NCBI GenBank assembly: GCA_017853435.1
Contig: JAFMJN010000002.1
Span: 1 to 45,541 of the forward strand
Direction: 5' to 3'
DNA from: Planctomycetota bacterium
GTDB taxonomy: Bacteria; Planctomycetota; GCA-002687715; CAIWVZ01
DNA: 45,541 bases
Each line of letters begins with the position of its first letter. Position 1 is the stretch's first letter. Made by a program: the position numbers and the translations under genes. Of this stretch, positions 1-10,400 are shown in pieces. Below the pieces are notes generated by a model. The model was not told where the DNA came from, searched no databases, and was given only the letters and a program-made list of their open reading frames with translations.

Positions 1-19
1 CCCGCGGTCCGGAATCCCC

Positions 20-841
20 ATGAACGATCTCGTTTCCGTCATTACCCGCACGAAGGACCGTCACGCGTTTCTCGCCGATGCGGTGGGGAGCGTCGCGAAT
101 TCGACGTGGCGTCCCGTCGAGCACATCATCGTGAACGACGGTGGGGCCGACGTATCGGCCGTGGTGGCTCCCTATCGGGACCGCCTCGACATCAAGGTGA
201 TCGACACGCCCGGAGTCGGTCGTTGCAAGGCTGGGAACCTCGGACTCGCCGCGGCACGCGGTACCTACGTTCAATGGCTCGACGACGACGATCTTCTGTA
301 TCCCGACCACATCCGCTCGCTCGTGATGGAAGCGCGCAGAACCGGGCACAAGATCGTGTACTCCGACGCCGACGTGATCCACCAGACGCGGCTTCCGTCC
401 GGCGCCTATCGAGAGGTCTCGAGGACGCCCGCGCCGGTGTTCGAAGGAACGAAGATCGCGCTTTGGCGTCGCGGGGATCTGCATCTCGTCATGGTGCTTC
501 ACCACCGGGAATGCACCGACCGTCTCGGCGGTTTCGACGAGACGCTTCCCGTACTCGAAGACATGGAGATGTTCGGGCGTTTCGCTCAGGACTATCAGTT
601 CCATAGGCTCCCCGGAATCACCGCGGGGTTCCGCGTGCGGGACGACGCGACGAACGCCGTCACGGCGATGCGCACGGAATTCGCGGAGACGCGTGCCGTG
701 CTCTATCGCCGTTACGCGCACATCGTGATGCCGGAACTTCTGACGATGGTCGAATTCGGAGCGGTGGAACTCGCGGCGCTCAAGGCGCGTGTCGAGGCCC
801 TCGAAGCCGTCGTCCGCGAGTATCAGGACAAGCATCGATGA
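20..841 (+). CDS. Glycosyltransferase family 2 (GT-A fold)
   Basis: 273-aa ORF. GT2 N-terminal signature 'VSVITRTKDRHAFLADAVGSV...HIIVNDGG' and acidic DxD-type motif 'WLDDDDLLYPDH'. Short heptad-like C-terminal tail 'LAALKARVEALEAVV'. Stop overlaps the next start (ATGA, 838-841). Only 19 nt lie upstream, so the operon may start outside the window. Confidence 0.85.
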   Translation: MNDLVSVITRTKDRHAFLADAVGSVANSTWRPVEHIIVNDGGADVSAVVAPYRDRLDIKVIDTPGVGRCKAGNLGLAAARGTYVQWLDDDDLLYPDHIRSLVMEARRTGHKIVYSDADVIHQTRLPSGAYREVSRTPAPVFEGTKIALWRRGDLHLVMVLHHRECTDRLGGFDETLPVLEDMEMFGRFAQDYQFHRLPGITAGFRVRDDATNAVTAMRTEFAETRAVLYRRYAHIVMPELLTMVEFGAVELAALKARVEALEAVVREYQDKHR

Positions 842-1584
842 GTTTTCTGCGTCGCTTCGAACCCATCTACGGAGCCGATCGGTTCGTGCGCGGACCGTTG
901 ATGGTCGTGGCGCCGCATCCCGACGACGAGACCATCGGTGTCGGGGGATTGATCGCCGCGCACCGAGACGCGAATGTCCCGGTGACCGTGATCGTGCTCA
1001 CGGACGGGGCTCTCGGCATCCCGGGGACGCGGGCGGCGGAGGACTACGTGATGCTGCGCGAGCGCGAGACGCGCGCGGCCGCCGACGCTCTCGGCGGATT
1101 CGAGATGCGGTTCCTGCGATTTCCGGACGGGGGCTTGGCCGGGGCGCAGGGGGTGGACGCGGCGATCGCCGAGGCCGTTTCCGCATGTGCGCCGGCGACG
1201 ATTGCGTTCCCGTCGCCTTTCGAAGTGCATCCCGATCACGGCGCGGCGGCCTGGGCGACCTTGCGCGCCGCGCGCCTTTCGGGTTACGCGGGGCGGCTGC
1301 TCGCCTACGAGATCGGGGCCATGATGCCCGCGAACGTCCTTCTCGACATCACGCCGTGGAAAGAGCGAAAGGCACGGGCCGTCGCGGCCTACGCCTCGCA
1401 GCTCGTCCACATGGACATCGTCGGAAAGGTCGAAGGTCTGAATCGTGCGCGCACCGTGAATATTTCGGACCCCGCGGTCCGCGCCGCCGAGGCTTTCGCC
1501 GATATTCCACCCGACGGCATCGACGGTTATTGCGACGCCGTGGAACGCCTTTCACGCGACCTCGATCGCTGGATGCCGCTCTAG
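838..1584 (+). CDS. PIG-L/LmbE family N-acetylglucosaminyl deacetylase
   Basis: 248-aa ORF with the family motifs 'VVAPHPDDETIGVGG' and 'EVHPDHGAAA'. Start is translationally coupled to the upstream GT2. Confidence 0.85.
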   Translation: MSFLRRFEPIYGADRFVRGPLMVVAPHPDDETIGVGGLIAAHRDANVPVTVIVLTDGALGIPGTRAAEDYVMLRERETRAAADALGGFEMRFLRFPDGGLAGAQGVDAAIAEAVSACAPATIAFPSPFEVHPDHGAAAWATLRAARLSGYAGRLLAYEIGAMMPANVLLDITPWKERKARAVAAYASQLVHMDIVGKVEGLNRARTVNISDPAVRAAEAFADIPPDGIDGYCDAVERLSRDLDRWMPL

Positions 1585-1621
1585 GCGTCTTCGCTTCGGT
1601 TCGCGTGGTAGAGTTCCGCCG

Positions 1622-2671
1622 ATGGCGTCGGAACGTCCGGCGCCGCAACAGGTTGAGGAAGATTCCGGCATGTCCGTGACCGCACCGAGTTCAGCTCCCG
1701 GGTCATCCGTGGACGCGCCCCTTCCGCGGGGATCCTCCGGCATGGGCGAGGTCCGCGATCGTCGACTCGGCGTGACCGCGGTGATGACTTCCTTCAACAA
1801 GAAGGAGTTCGTTCGTCGCAACCTCGACGCGATCTTCGCGCAGACCGTGAAGTTCGACGCCGTCGTGGTCGTGGACAACGCGTCGACCGACGGGACCATC
1901 GACATGATCGCCGCGGACTATCCCGACGTGACGCTCGTGGTGATGCCGCACTCCGGTTACGGCGCGTGTGAGACCTTCAATCTCGGTTTCTCCACCGCGC
2001 GCACCGAACTCGTCGCGATTCTCGACGACGACGTGGAACTGCCTCCCGACTGGGTGGATCGGATGACGGCGCGCCTCGCGGCGGAGCCCGTGACGACGGC
2101 CATGGTGTCGTCGCACGTGTGGGAGCCGGGTACCCCCGATTGGTACATGACCCATCCGGAAGTTCTTCGAGAGCGTTACATGGCGACGTTCCGTGGATGC
2201 GCCACGCTCGCCCGCCGCGACGTGCTCGAAAAATGCGGCTGGTACGATCCGGACTTCTTCATCTACGGCAACGAACGCGATCTTTCGGCGCGCGTGCTGA
2301 ACCTCGGATGCAGGATTCTGCAGTTTCCGTCGGTCGTCGTGAAGCACGGCACGCCGTTCGGGATGAAACACGGCAAGCGCAGCCTCTACTACCACGTGCG
2401 TAATCTGTGGTGGTACCTCTTCAAGCACGTTCCGTGGGGGCAGGTGTTCGCCTTCCTCTTCGGTTTCCTGTGGCGTTCGGTGTTCGGTCGCAAGAAGGCG
2501 GCCGTGACGGACGCCGTGGGCACGATCGGCTTCTTTTCGACGGTGCGCGAGACCCCGGGTGGATGGTGGATCGTCGTGAAGGCCACCTTCGACGCCTTCA
2601 TGGGGCTCCCGAAGTGTCTCCGCAAGCGCGCCCCGTGTCGCGCCCCCGATTTCAGTCTCCCGTTGGGGTAA
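1622..2671 (+). CDS. Glycosyltransferase family 2, membrane-associated
   Basis: 349-aa ORF. 'VTAVMTSFNKKEFVRRNLDAIFAQT..VVVVDNASTDGT' plus DxD 'ILDDDVELP'. Hydrophobic C-terminal segments ('WWYLFKHVPWGQVFAFLFGFLW'). The first ~40 codons are low complexity, so the true start may be ATG 1670 or ATG 1742. Confidence 0.8.
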   Translation: MASERPAPQQVEEDSGMSVTAPSSAPGSSVDAPLPRGSSGMGEVRDRRLGVTAVMTSFNKKEFVRRNLDAIFAQTVKFDAVVVVDNASTDGTIDMIAADYPDVTLVVMPHSGYGACETFNLGFSTARTELVAILDDDVELPPDWVDRMTARLAAEPVTTAMVSSHVWEPGTPDWYMTHPEVLRERYMATFRGCATLARRDVLEKCGWYDPDFFIYGNERDLSARVLNLGCRILQFPSVVVKHGTPFGMKHGKRSLYYHVRNLWWYLFKHVPWGQVFAFLFGFLWRSVFGRKKAAVTDAVGTIGFFSTVRETPGGWWIVVKATFDAFMGLPKCLRKRAPCRAPDFSLPLG

Positions 2672-2673
2672 CC

Positions 2674-3744
2674 ATGACCGACGGGCCGTCCATGCACGGT
2701 GCGCGCGACGTCACGGTCGTGGTGACCACCCACAACGCGCGGGCGACGCTTCCCGCGACCGCGGCCTGCATTCGGAATCTTCGCGGAGTCGCCAAGGTCG
2801 TCGTCGTCGACAGCGGGTCCGCGGACGGGACACCTGAACTCGCGGCTTCGCTGTTTCCGGGCGCGCGGATCGAAGCGCTCGCGTCGAACGTCGGCCCGTG
2901 CGTCACTCGCAACATCGGACTCGCCGCGGCCGAAACCGCGCGCGTGCTTTTCGTCGACGACGACATGGGGTTCGAACCCGACATCGTCGAACGACTTTCG
3001 GCCGAACTCGACGCGCATCCCGACTGCGTCGCCGCCGGGCCGACGATCGTCTTCGACGACCGACCCGATGCGATCCAGTATGCGGGTGGCAGGATGCATT
3101 TCGGCGGACTTCCGCATCTCTACAGCCTCGGGGAGAAACCCGATCCGGCCGCGAAATCGCGTCGCGTCGACGTCTTGACCGCCGGGTGCCTTCTCGTCTC
3201 GCGCACGGCGGCCCTCGATGTCGGCGGATTCGACGAGCGCTTCTTCTACCTCGCCGAAGACGTCGATTTCGCGCTTCGTCTTCGCCACCGAGGCCATCAA
3301 CTTCTTCTCGTCGCGGGAGTGGTCGTTCGCAACGTCGGTGGTTCCGCCGCTCTGTCCTTGAAGGACGCCGAATATCCCGCGCGCCGTGTCGAACTGCACA
3401 GCCGCAATCGTTGGATGCTCATCGGTCGCGACTTCGATCGTTGGACCATCTTCGCGCTACTTCCCGCACTTCTCCTCTACGAGGCGGCGTGGGCGGCGTT
3501 CGCGACGATCACCGGGCATCTCGTGCCGTATCTTCGCGGCAAGGCGCGCGCGGTCGGTGCCCTGCGTGAAAAATCGGTTCTCCGCAGGCGCCGAAAAGTC
3601 GTCTCGGATCGGAAACTCATCGGGGCTCCGAAGATGACTTTTACGCGGACGGCGTTGGCGCAGGGTGGTGCGGACGCCGGTGCCGTCGCGCTCGACGGGT
3701 CGCTGCGTCTCATGTGGACGTGCCTCCGAGGACTCGTGCAGTGA
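2674..3744 (+). CDS. Glycosyltransferase family 2
   Basis: The track ORF 2407..3744 is trimmed to ATG 2674, 2 nt after the upstream stop. 'VTVVVTTHNARATL...VVVVDSGSADGT' and DxD 'LFVDDDMGFEPD'. C-terminal TM-like 'WTIFALLPALLLYEAAWAAFATI'. Confidence 0.8.
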   Translation: MTDGPSMHGARDVTVVVTTHNARATLPATAACIRNLRGVAKVVVVDSGSADGTPELAASLFPGARIEALASNVGPCVTRNIGLAAAETARVLFVDDDMGFEPDIVERLSAELDAHPDCVAAGPTIVFDDRPDAIQYAGGRMHFGGLPHLYSLGEKPDPAAKSRRVDVLTAGCLLVSRTAALDVGGFDERFFYLAEDVDFALRLRHRGHQLLLVAGVVVRNVGGSAALSLKDAEYPARRVELHSRNRWMLIGRDFDRWTIFALLPALLLYEAAWAAFATITGHLVPYLRGKARAVGALREKSVLRRRRKVVSDRKLIGAPKMTFTRTALAQGGADAGAVALDGSLRLMWTCLRGLVQ

Positions 3745-4658
3745 CGCTCCACGACGTTCACGTCGTCGTGCTGAACTGGAACGGCTACGGAGAGACGGAA
3801 GCGTGCGTCGCGGGGGTGATGGACGTCGCTCCCGACGTACGAATCCACATCGTCGACAACGGTTCGGAAGGCGACGAGGCGGGGCGACTCGCGCGTCGAT
3901 TCCCGGACGCGCGGATCGAATCCGTCGGTTTCAACGCGGGATTCGCCGGGGGCGTGAACCGCGGTATCGACGCGGCCCTCGCCGAGGGCGCGCGATTCGT
4001 GTTCCTTTTGAACAACGACGCGCGGATCGATGCGGGAACGCTTCCCGCGCTCCTCGACGCCGCCCGTCGCAGGCCGGATGTCGGCGTGTTCGGTCCGAGA
4101 ATTTGGCGCGATCGCGGGGCGGGAGTCTTGTGGTGTTGCGGCGTCGCCTTCGGGTTCGGTCCGAATCTCGGACGTCTGCGGGGTTTCGATCGTCGCGGCG
4201 ACGGTCTGTTCCTCGAGGAAGATGCCCCGGATTCGTTGACGGGCTGCGGCCTTCTCGTGCGGCGTGAGGTCTTCGATCGGATCGGCACCCTCGACGAAGC
4301 CTATTTCGTCTATCTCGAAGATGCGGACTTTTGTCTGCGCGCGCGCGAGGCCGGTTTCGGACTGCTCTACGTTCCGGGGGCGTCGATGGAACACCCGGGT
4401 GGTTGGTCGACAGGTGGGGGATACTCGCCGGGACGCAAGTACCTCACCGCGCACGGAGCCGTCCGCTTTTTGAAGCGTCACGGCACGTGGTCTCTGTGGG
4501 CGTCGTGGGTCGTCTTCGACGTGGTGCTTTGGCCCCTGTTGTTTCTTTCCGCGGGCGTCAGGGGGCGCGGGCGGGCGGCGTGGGCCAAGGCCCGCGGGAC
4601 GCTCGACGGACTTCTCGGTCGCCCTCCGAAGCCCCCCGCGTTAAAACCGCGGGCATGA
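3741..4658 (+). CDS. Glycosyltransferase family 2 (rhamnosyltransferase-like subgroup)
   Basis: The track ORF 3714..4658 probably starts at GTG 3741 (GTGA overlap with the upstream stop). 'VHVVVLNWNGYGET...IVDNGSEGDE', 'NAGFAGGVNRGI' and 'LLNNDARID'. Hydrophobic C-terminus 'WASWVVFDVVLWPLLFLSAG'. Confidence 0.8.
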   Translation: MTLHDVHVVVLNWNGYGETEACVAGVMDVAPDVRIHIVDNGSEGDEAGRLARRFPDARIESVGFNAGFAGGVNRGIDAALAEGARFVFLLNNDARIDAGTLPALLDAARRRPDVGVFGPRIWRDRGAGVLWCCGVAFGFGPNLGRLRGFDRRGDGLFLEEDAPDSLTGCGLLVRREVFDRIGTLDEAYFVYLEDADFCLRAREAGFGLLYVPGASMEHPGGWSTGGGYSPGRKYLTAHGAVRFLKRHGTWSLWASWVVFDVVLWPLLFLSAGVRGRGRAAWAKARGTLDGLLGRPPKPPALKPRA

Positions 4659-5998
4659 GGATCCTTCAGGTCGCCCACCAGTTGCCGCCCCGTTTCACGG
4701 CGGGCACCGAGGTGTACACCCTGCGACTGGCGAAGGCGCTCACCCGGCTTGGACACGACGTCCACCTGGTTTCCGGCGACGATTCCGGTGCGACACGTCC
4801 CGGAGCCCTTCGCGAGGGGACGATCGACGGCCTCCCACACACCTTCGTCGGGGTGGACCGCATCGCTTCGACCGCCGAGGAAACGCTTTTTCCGCCGGCG
4901 ACGCGGGGTGCGTTGAAGCCGCTCGTCGCCTCCTTCTCTCCCGACGTGATCCACGTGCAGCATCTGCGCCATCTCGGTCTCCACGTGTTCGACGGGGCTC
5001 CGCCCGTCCGTCGCGTCATGACGTTGCACGACCATTGGCTCGCGTGCGCGCGCGACGGGCAGCTTCTCGATGCCGCGGGGCAACCGTGTCCCGGGGCGAC
5101 CCCCGAACGGTGCCGTTCCTGTCTCGAGGGCTTTCGCTTCGGACTTGGACGCGGGGAGGCCGCCGTGGCGCGCATGCTGTCGCGCCTCGGAGTCCGTCCC
5201 GGATCCCCGGCGGCGCGCGGACTACGGTCGGGGGCGCTCGCGTTGCGTCGACTTCGGTCCACCGAATCCGGCAGGCCCTACGATCTCGAGGCGCGTCGCC
5301 GTGCGGTGTCGGACCTCGCCGCCGTGACCGATCGCTTCATCGCACCCTCGCGGCACGTCGCCGACGCCCTGACGGCGTTCGGGTTGCCCCCGGGCAAGAT
5401 GGTGGTGATTCCGCACGGGGTCGATGCCGACGTCGCCTTCCGTCCCGTTCCCGCGCCCGAGGGCGCTCCGCTGCGGATCGGTTACATGGGCACCGTCGCG
5501 CCGCCGAAGGGGCTCCATGTCCTCGTGGAGGCGTTTGCCCGTCTCGGTCGCGGGGTCGCGACGTTGCGCGTCCACGGACGCACGGATCTGCGCCCCGAGT
5601 ACGTCGCGTCGGTGGTCGGGGGAGGACTTCCCGCCGGAGTCACCATCGAAGGGGCCTTTCGCCCCGAGGAAGCCCCGCGTCGCCTCGCCGAAATCGACGT
5701 CCTCGTCGTCCCGTCGATTTGGCCGGAGAACCATCCGCTGACCATCGCCGAGGCCCTCGCCCATAGGGTCCCGGTCGTGGCGTCCGCGCTGGGCGGGATT
5801 CCCGAAATCGTGAAAGACGGCGTCAACGGTCGATTGGTGCCTCCGGGAGATCCCGAGGCCTTGGCCGAGGTTCTCCGGCGGTTGGCCCGCGACCGCGTCG
5901 AATTGGCGCGCCTCCGAGCGGGAATCACCCCCCCGGAATCGTTCTTGAGCCATGCCGCATCGGTAGTTGTGGCGTACGATACTCGCGAGGTTTCCTGA
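4655..5998 (+). CDS. Glycosyltransferase family 4 (GT-B, retaining type), Cys4-insert paralog 1
   Basis: The track ORF 4331..5998 is trimmed to ATG 4655 (ATGA overlap). 'MRILQVAHQLPPRFTAGTEVYTLRLAKAL', EX7E motif 'ENHPLTIAE', 'GGIPEIVKDGVNGRLVPPGD'. Carries 'TLHDHWLAC-x13-C-x7-CRSC'. Confidence 0.85.
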   Translation: MRILQVAHQLPPRFTAGTEVYTLRLAKALTRLGHDVHLVSGDDSGATRPGALREGTIDGLPHTFVGVDRIASTAEETLFPPATRGALKPLVASFSPDVIHVQHLRHLGLHVFDGAPPVRRVMTLHDHWLACARDGQLLDAAGQPCPGATPERCRSCLEGFRFGLGRGEAAVARMLSRLGVRPGSPAARGLRSGALALRRLRSTESGRPYDLEARRRAVSDLAAVTDRFIAPSRHVADALTAFGLPPGKMVVIPHGVDADVAFRPVPAPEGAPLRIGYMGTVAPPKGLHVLVEAFARLGRGVATLRVHGRTDLRPEYVASVVGGGLPAGVTIEGAFRPEEAPRRLAEIDVLVVPSIWPENHPLTIAEALAHRVPVVASALGGIPEIVKDGVNGRLVPPGDPEALAEVLRRLARDRVELARLRAGITPPESFLSHAASVVVAYDTREVS

Positions 5999-5999
5999 C

Positions 6000-7379
6000 A
6001 TGTCCGACGCGAGTCTCTACGACGCATCCCGCTACACGCCCGAGCAGATCGCGGCCTACAAGGCGGACAACGAGCGTCGCGTCCGAGAGGCCGCGAGCAA
6101 CGGCGACGCGTTCGTCGACGGTTTGCCCCTCAAAGTCACGCTCGAACTCACGGCGGACTGCAACCTCTATTGCCGCATGTGCGAGTTCCCGGTGCCGCGC
6201 GAACAAGGGCGTGGTCGGTACGACCTCCATATGCCCGTCGAGACCTTCCGGATGCTCGCGCCGCAAGTGTTTCCGCACGCGCGCATCGTGAACTTGACCG
6301 TGGTGGGGGAACCGTTGATGGTGCCCTATCTCGACGAGGTTCTCGAAGAGTGCGCCAAGTGGCAGACGCGCCTCGAACTCATCTCCAACGTCGTGCTGCT
6401 CGACGCTCCGATGTTGGCCAAAGTCGGTCCCCACCTCGGATGTCTGATCGTGTCCTTCGACGGCGGCACGCGCCGCACCTTCAACCGCATCCGCGTCGGC
6501 TCCGACTTCGAACAGGTTACGAGGAACATGTTGCGCTACGCGCGTTGGCGCGAATCGCTTCCGCCCGAACGTCGACCGGGGTTCCACCTCGCGGTGACCC
6601 TGATGAAGGAGAACGCGCACGAGTTGCCGACGATCATCAGGATCGCGAAGGCGCTCGGCGTCGATCTCGTTTCGGGCGCGTGGATGATCGCGTTCAACGA
6701 CAAGTTGGCCAATTCGTCGCTCTTGCGCCATCGTGCGCTCGCGAATCGCGCCTTGCGTGAAGCGCGCCGTGTCGCCGATGAGCTCGGCGTCCGCACCGCG
6801 TTGCCGGTCGATTTTCCGGACGTTTCGGACGAAGAGATCGCGGCGGTGTCCTTCGTGGAACCGTCGTTGCCGGACGGCCCACTTCCGCACCTCGCCGCGG
6901 CGTTGGCCGGAGGCCCCGTCGACGAAGCCCCCGTTGCCCTCGCGGAGGGCGACGTGCTCATCCCGCTTTCGGAGGTGGGCGGTCTCGGAGTCGACGAGCC
7001 CATCAAGGTGGCGGGGGATCCGGACGATCGCCGGGCACGATCGATGGCGTTCGCCGTCGCGCCCGCCGAACCGCCGCCTCCTTCCCTCGGACCGGACGGC
7101 AAGCCGCGCAACACGTGCAAGTTCCTCTGGAACGAATTGTTCGTGAACGTCTCCGGCGACGTCGCCCCGTGTTGCATCCAAGGGCGTCCCGTCGTCGGCA
7201 ACACTCACGCGACGAATCTTTCGGAGATTTGGAACAACGCGCCCATGCGCGAGATGCGCCAGAGGCTCCTCGACGGGGATCCGATTCCCTGTTGCAAGGA
7301 TTGCAACTACAACACGCAGCTCGGGCAGGGGAACTATCGGGAAGACACGTACTTCATCGATCTCGATCGCCGACTATGA
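6000..7379 (+). CDS. Radical SAM enzyme with C-terminal SPASM/twitch-like Cys cluster
   Basis: The track ORF 5967..7379 probably starts at ATG 6000, 1 nt after the upstream stop. CX3CX2C 'CNLYCRMC' at nt 6159-6182. 'VVGEPLM' SAM-binding-like motif. C-terminal 'CKFLWNELFVNVSGDVAPCC...PCCKDC' (nt 7116-7304) fits CX13GX4C plus CX2C. A ~100-aa Pro/Ala/Gly/Asp-rich insert (nt ~6810-7110) separates the two parts. Confidence 0.8.
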   Translation: MSDASLYDASRYTPEQIAAYKADNERRVREAASNGDAFVDGLPLKVTLELTADCNLYCRMCEFPVPREQGRGRYDLHMPVETFRMLAPQVFPHARIVNLTVVGEPLMVPYLDEVLEECAKWQTRLELISNVVLLDAPMLAKVGPHLGCLIVSFDGGTRRTFNRIRVGSDFEQVTRNMLRYARWRESLPPERRPGFHLAVTLMKENAHELPTIIRIAKALGVDLVSGAWMIAFNDKLANSSLLRHRALANRALREARRVADELGVRTALPVDFPDVSDEEIAAVSFVEPSLPDGPLPHLAAALAGGPVDEAPVALAEGDVLIPLSEVGGLGVDEPIKVAGDPDDRRARSMAFAVAPAEPPPPSLGPDGKPRNTCKFLWNELFVNVSGDVAPCCIQGRPVVGNTHATNLSEIWNNAPMREMRQRLLDGDPIPCCKDCNYNTQLGQGNYREDTYFIDLDRRL

Positions 7380-7404
7380 CGGTGCGGGGAGCGAGATGCG
7401 GTAA

Positions 7405-10400
7405 GTGAGAGCGGGAGAAGGGGTGGGGGCGAAGGGGAAGCGGAAGATCCTGCATGTCGTACACGGCTTTCCTCCGGAATGCCGTGGCGGGACGGAATCC
7501 GTGGTCGCTCGGGTCGCCGAGGCCCAAGCCGCGCGCGGGCACGCCGTCACGGTGCTCTTCGGGACGATGCAGGTCGGAGAGGCGACGACCCTCGAACGCG
7601 TGGACGGTCCGATAGCGGGAGTGACCCACCTGCGTCTACGAAAGTCCGGGCTCTTCGTCGATCAATGGGATCGATCGGACGACTCCGAAGCGCTCGATTT
7701 GATCGCACGGTCGGAAGCCGCCGACGCCGACGTCGTGCACGTCCATCAGTGGATTCGCCTGACGCGTCATTTGGTGCGCTGGGCGCGCTCGCTCGGAAAA
7801 ACCGTGTGCGTCACCCTTCACGACGCCACGGTGTCGTGTCCCATCGCGTTCCGCGTGCGCGAGGACGGACTCTGCCGCAAGGATCCTGGATCCTCGTCGT
7901 GTTTCGGTTGCGCGCCGACTCCGTTCGGGATGGACGAAACGACGTGTCGCGACGCGCTCGACGTCTTCGTCGCCGATATGCGCGCGGAAGTCGCCGCCGC
8001 GGATGCCGTCGTCGTCCCGACCCGCGCCCATGCGGCGTTTCTGGCTCCGTGGTTGCCCGCGGAAGTGCGGCCGATCGTGGTGGCGCACCCGTCGCTCGAG
8101 TCGGCGCCTCGCCGCGTGCATTCGTCGACCGTACCCGCCGACAGCCCCATCCGCGTCTTGCATTTCGGTCATCTGAACGACGTCAAGGGGGTTCCACTGC
8201 TCTACGAAGCGATGGGCCTCCTCGCGCCGTCGGTTCGTTCCGCGTTGCGCCTCGACGTTTACGGGACGGCGGCGGATCCACGGATGCGTGCGCGGCTCGA
8301 CGCTCTCAAGAGCGGATTGCCGATCTACGAGCACGGACCGTATGTGCCTTCCGAACTTGACGGCGATCGTCACGACGTCGTCGTGATCCCGTCTCGAGCT
8401 TCCGAATCGTGGAGCTTCGTCCTCGACGAAGCGTTCGCGATGAGCCTGCCCGCGATCGTCCCGGCGTGCGGGGCTCTCGAGGAACGCATCGGCGCCGCCG
8501 GCTTCGTTTATCCCCCCGATTCCGTCGAGGGGCTCGCGTCGATTCTCGAAATGCTCGTGCGTGACCGTTCGCAACTCGATCGCGCGCGCGCATCGATTCC
8601 CGGCGACCGCGGTGTCGAGACCCACGTCGATGCTCTCGACGTCGTCTACGGAGACGCGCGTCCCAAGGCGCCGATCGCCGAGCCGGGGCTTTGGGCGGGA
8701 CTCGAGCGACGCTCCCGCGCCGCGTTGCGACGTGCCTCGATGTCGATCGTCGAAGCACGAGGTCGCGTGGACGCGGAGATCGTCCGTTACGACGATTTGT
8801 TCGCGAATTTCAAAGCCGCGGAAGCGGGTGTCTCCGAAGCCCGTTCCGAAATCTCGCGCCTCGGTACGGTGCTCGACGGATTCAGGGAATCCGTCCGTCA
8901 GTACGCCGCGCGCTGCACGGAACTCGAAAAGTGGGTCGCGAGTCTGCGCGAAGGGACGGAAGACGGGGGGCGCTCCGTCGATCGGCTTCTCGAACTCGAA
9001 CGCACGTTGAATGGCGTGGAAGCCGCACTCGCGGATCGCGAGGGGGAACTCCGGATCGCGGAACGGCGTCTCGAATTCGAGACCGCGCGGGCAACCGAGT
9101 CCTCCGTCCGCGCGGAGGCCGAATCTCGCCGTGCCGAGACCGAAGTCTTCGCCCGCCATGACGTCGAAAGGACGCTCCACGCCGCCCTCGCGTCGACGGC
9201 GGATCTCGCCCGACGTTTGGTCCGTGTGGAGGCGGATGCGAGACTCGCGTCCGATGCCCTGCGCGTGGAGCGTGCGGCGCGTCGCGACGTCGGCGAACTC
9301 GTCGGCCACCTCGAAGGGGACCTCCGAGCGCTGCGTTCGGTGATCGCGAAACAGGAACGCGAAGTCGTCGAGCGCGCCGCGGACATCGAACTTCTCACGA
9401 CGTCGCAGCGCGCGTTGTCGGCGCGGCTCGAATCACTCGCTCGTGAGGCGATCGCGAAGGACGCGGATCTCGCTCGCGCTTTCCATCGCGAATCCGAATT
9501 GAAGGACGTTTTGGCGTTCTCGGAACGCCGACGGCGCGACGTTTCGGACGTTGTCGCGGCGGAGAGAGCGACGGCATCGAGTCTCCAGGCGCGCGTATCC
9601 GCCGACGCCGCACGCATCCGACACCTCGAGTCGGTCGTCCGAGAAACGAAGGCCGAGGCCGATGCGGCGCGCGCTCTGTACGACGGGCTGCGGGCCGAAA
9701 CGAACCACGAACGGGAACGCGTGATTCGTTCGGAAGAGATCCTCGGCGCCGCTTTCGATGGTGAACGTCTCGATCCGGAATCGGCGTCCGCCTGGGCGCG
9801 CAAACACGCCGAAGCGGTTGCGGAACTCGACGCCCTTCGACGCGCGATCGTCGAGGACCGGGGGGCGTCCGCGGCGCTGAAGGCCCGTGTTTCGACCACG
9901 TCGCGGCGTCCGAAGGTGTTGTTCGTCGTTCACGATTTTCTGCCGTATCACGCAGCGGGTTCGGAGATCTACACCTATCAGCTCGCGAAGGCGCTGTCGA
10001 AGCACGTCGACGTCCATTTGGCCTTCTGCGAAAATCGTCCCGAACGGCCGCAGTACGAGACGCGCGAAGGAACGTTCGACGGCCTCCCGTTCACGGAAGT
10101 CGTGCATCACGATGCGTTCCCGACGTTCGGCGCCACCTACGAAGATCCGGAAATGGATCGCGTCTTCGACGGGATTCTTCGCCGCGTACGCCCCGACGTC
10201 GTGCACGTGCAGCATCTCAAGTTCTGGGGGCTCGGTGTCCTCGGTCGAGCGCGGAAGGCGGGGTGCCGCGTCTTCTATACCCTTCACGAGTACATGGCGA
10301 TCTGTCCGCGAGACGGCCAGATGCGAAGGCCGGACGGCGAACGGTGCGAACTTCCCGTTCCGTCGACCTGCGCCGATTGCATCACGCACGTGGCGTTGTC

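Noticed and set aside
2407-2673. 5' extensions of track ORFs into upstream genes (2407, 4331, 12872, 16758, 17294, 17806, 20230, 23179, 40659; on the minus strand 28614, 29168, 32593, 33267, 33605, 39131)
   Set aside because: The extensions overlap the preceding well-supported gene in another frame and are Arg-rich. In each case a start codon sits at or within a few nt of the upstream stop, often as ATGA/GTGA, and the recognisable protein domain begins right after it.
5999-7404. Search for a RiPP precursor peptide next to the radical SAM gene
   Set aside because: The gaps flanking the gene are 1 nt and 25 nt. No small ORF with a plausible leader/core organisation fits, and the small ORFs in the track here are antisense or alternative-frame shadows.
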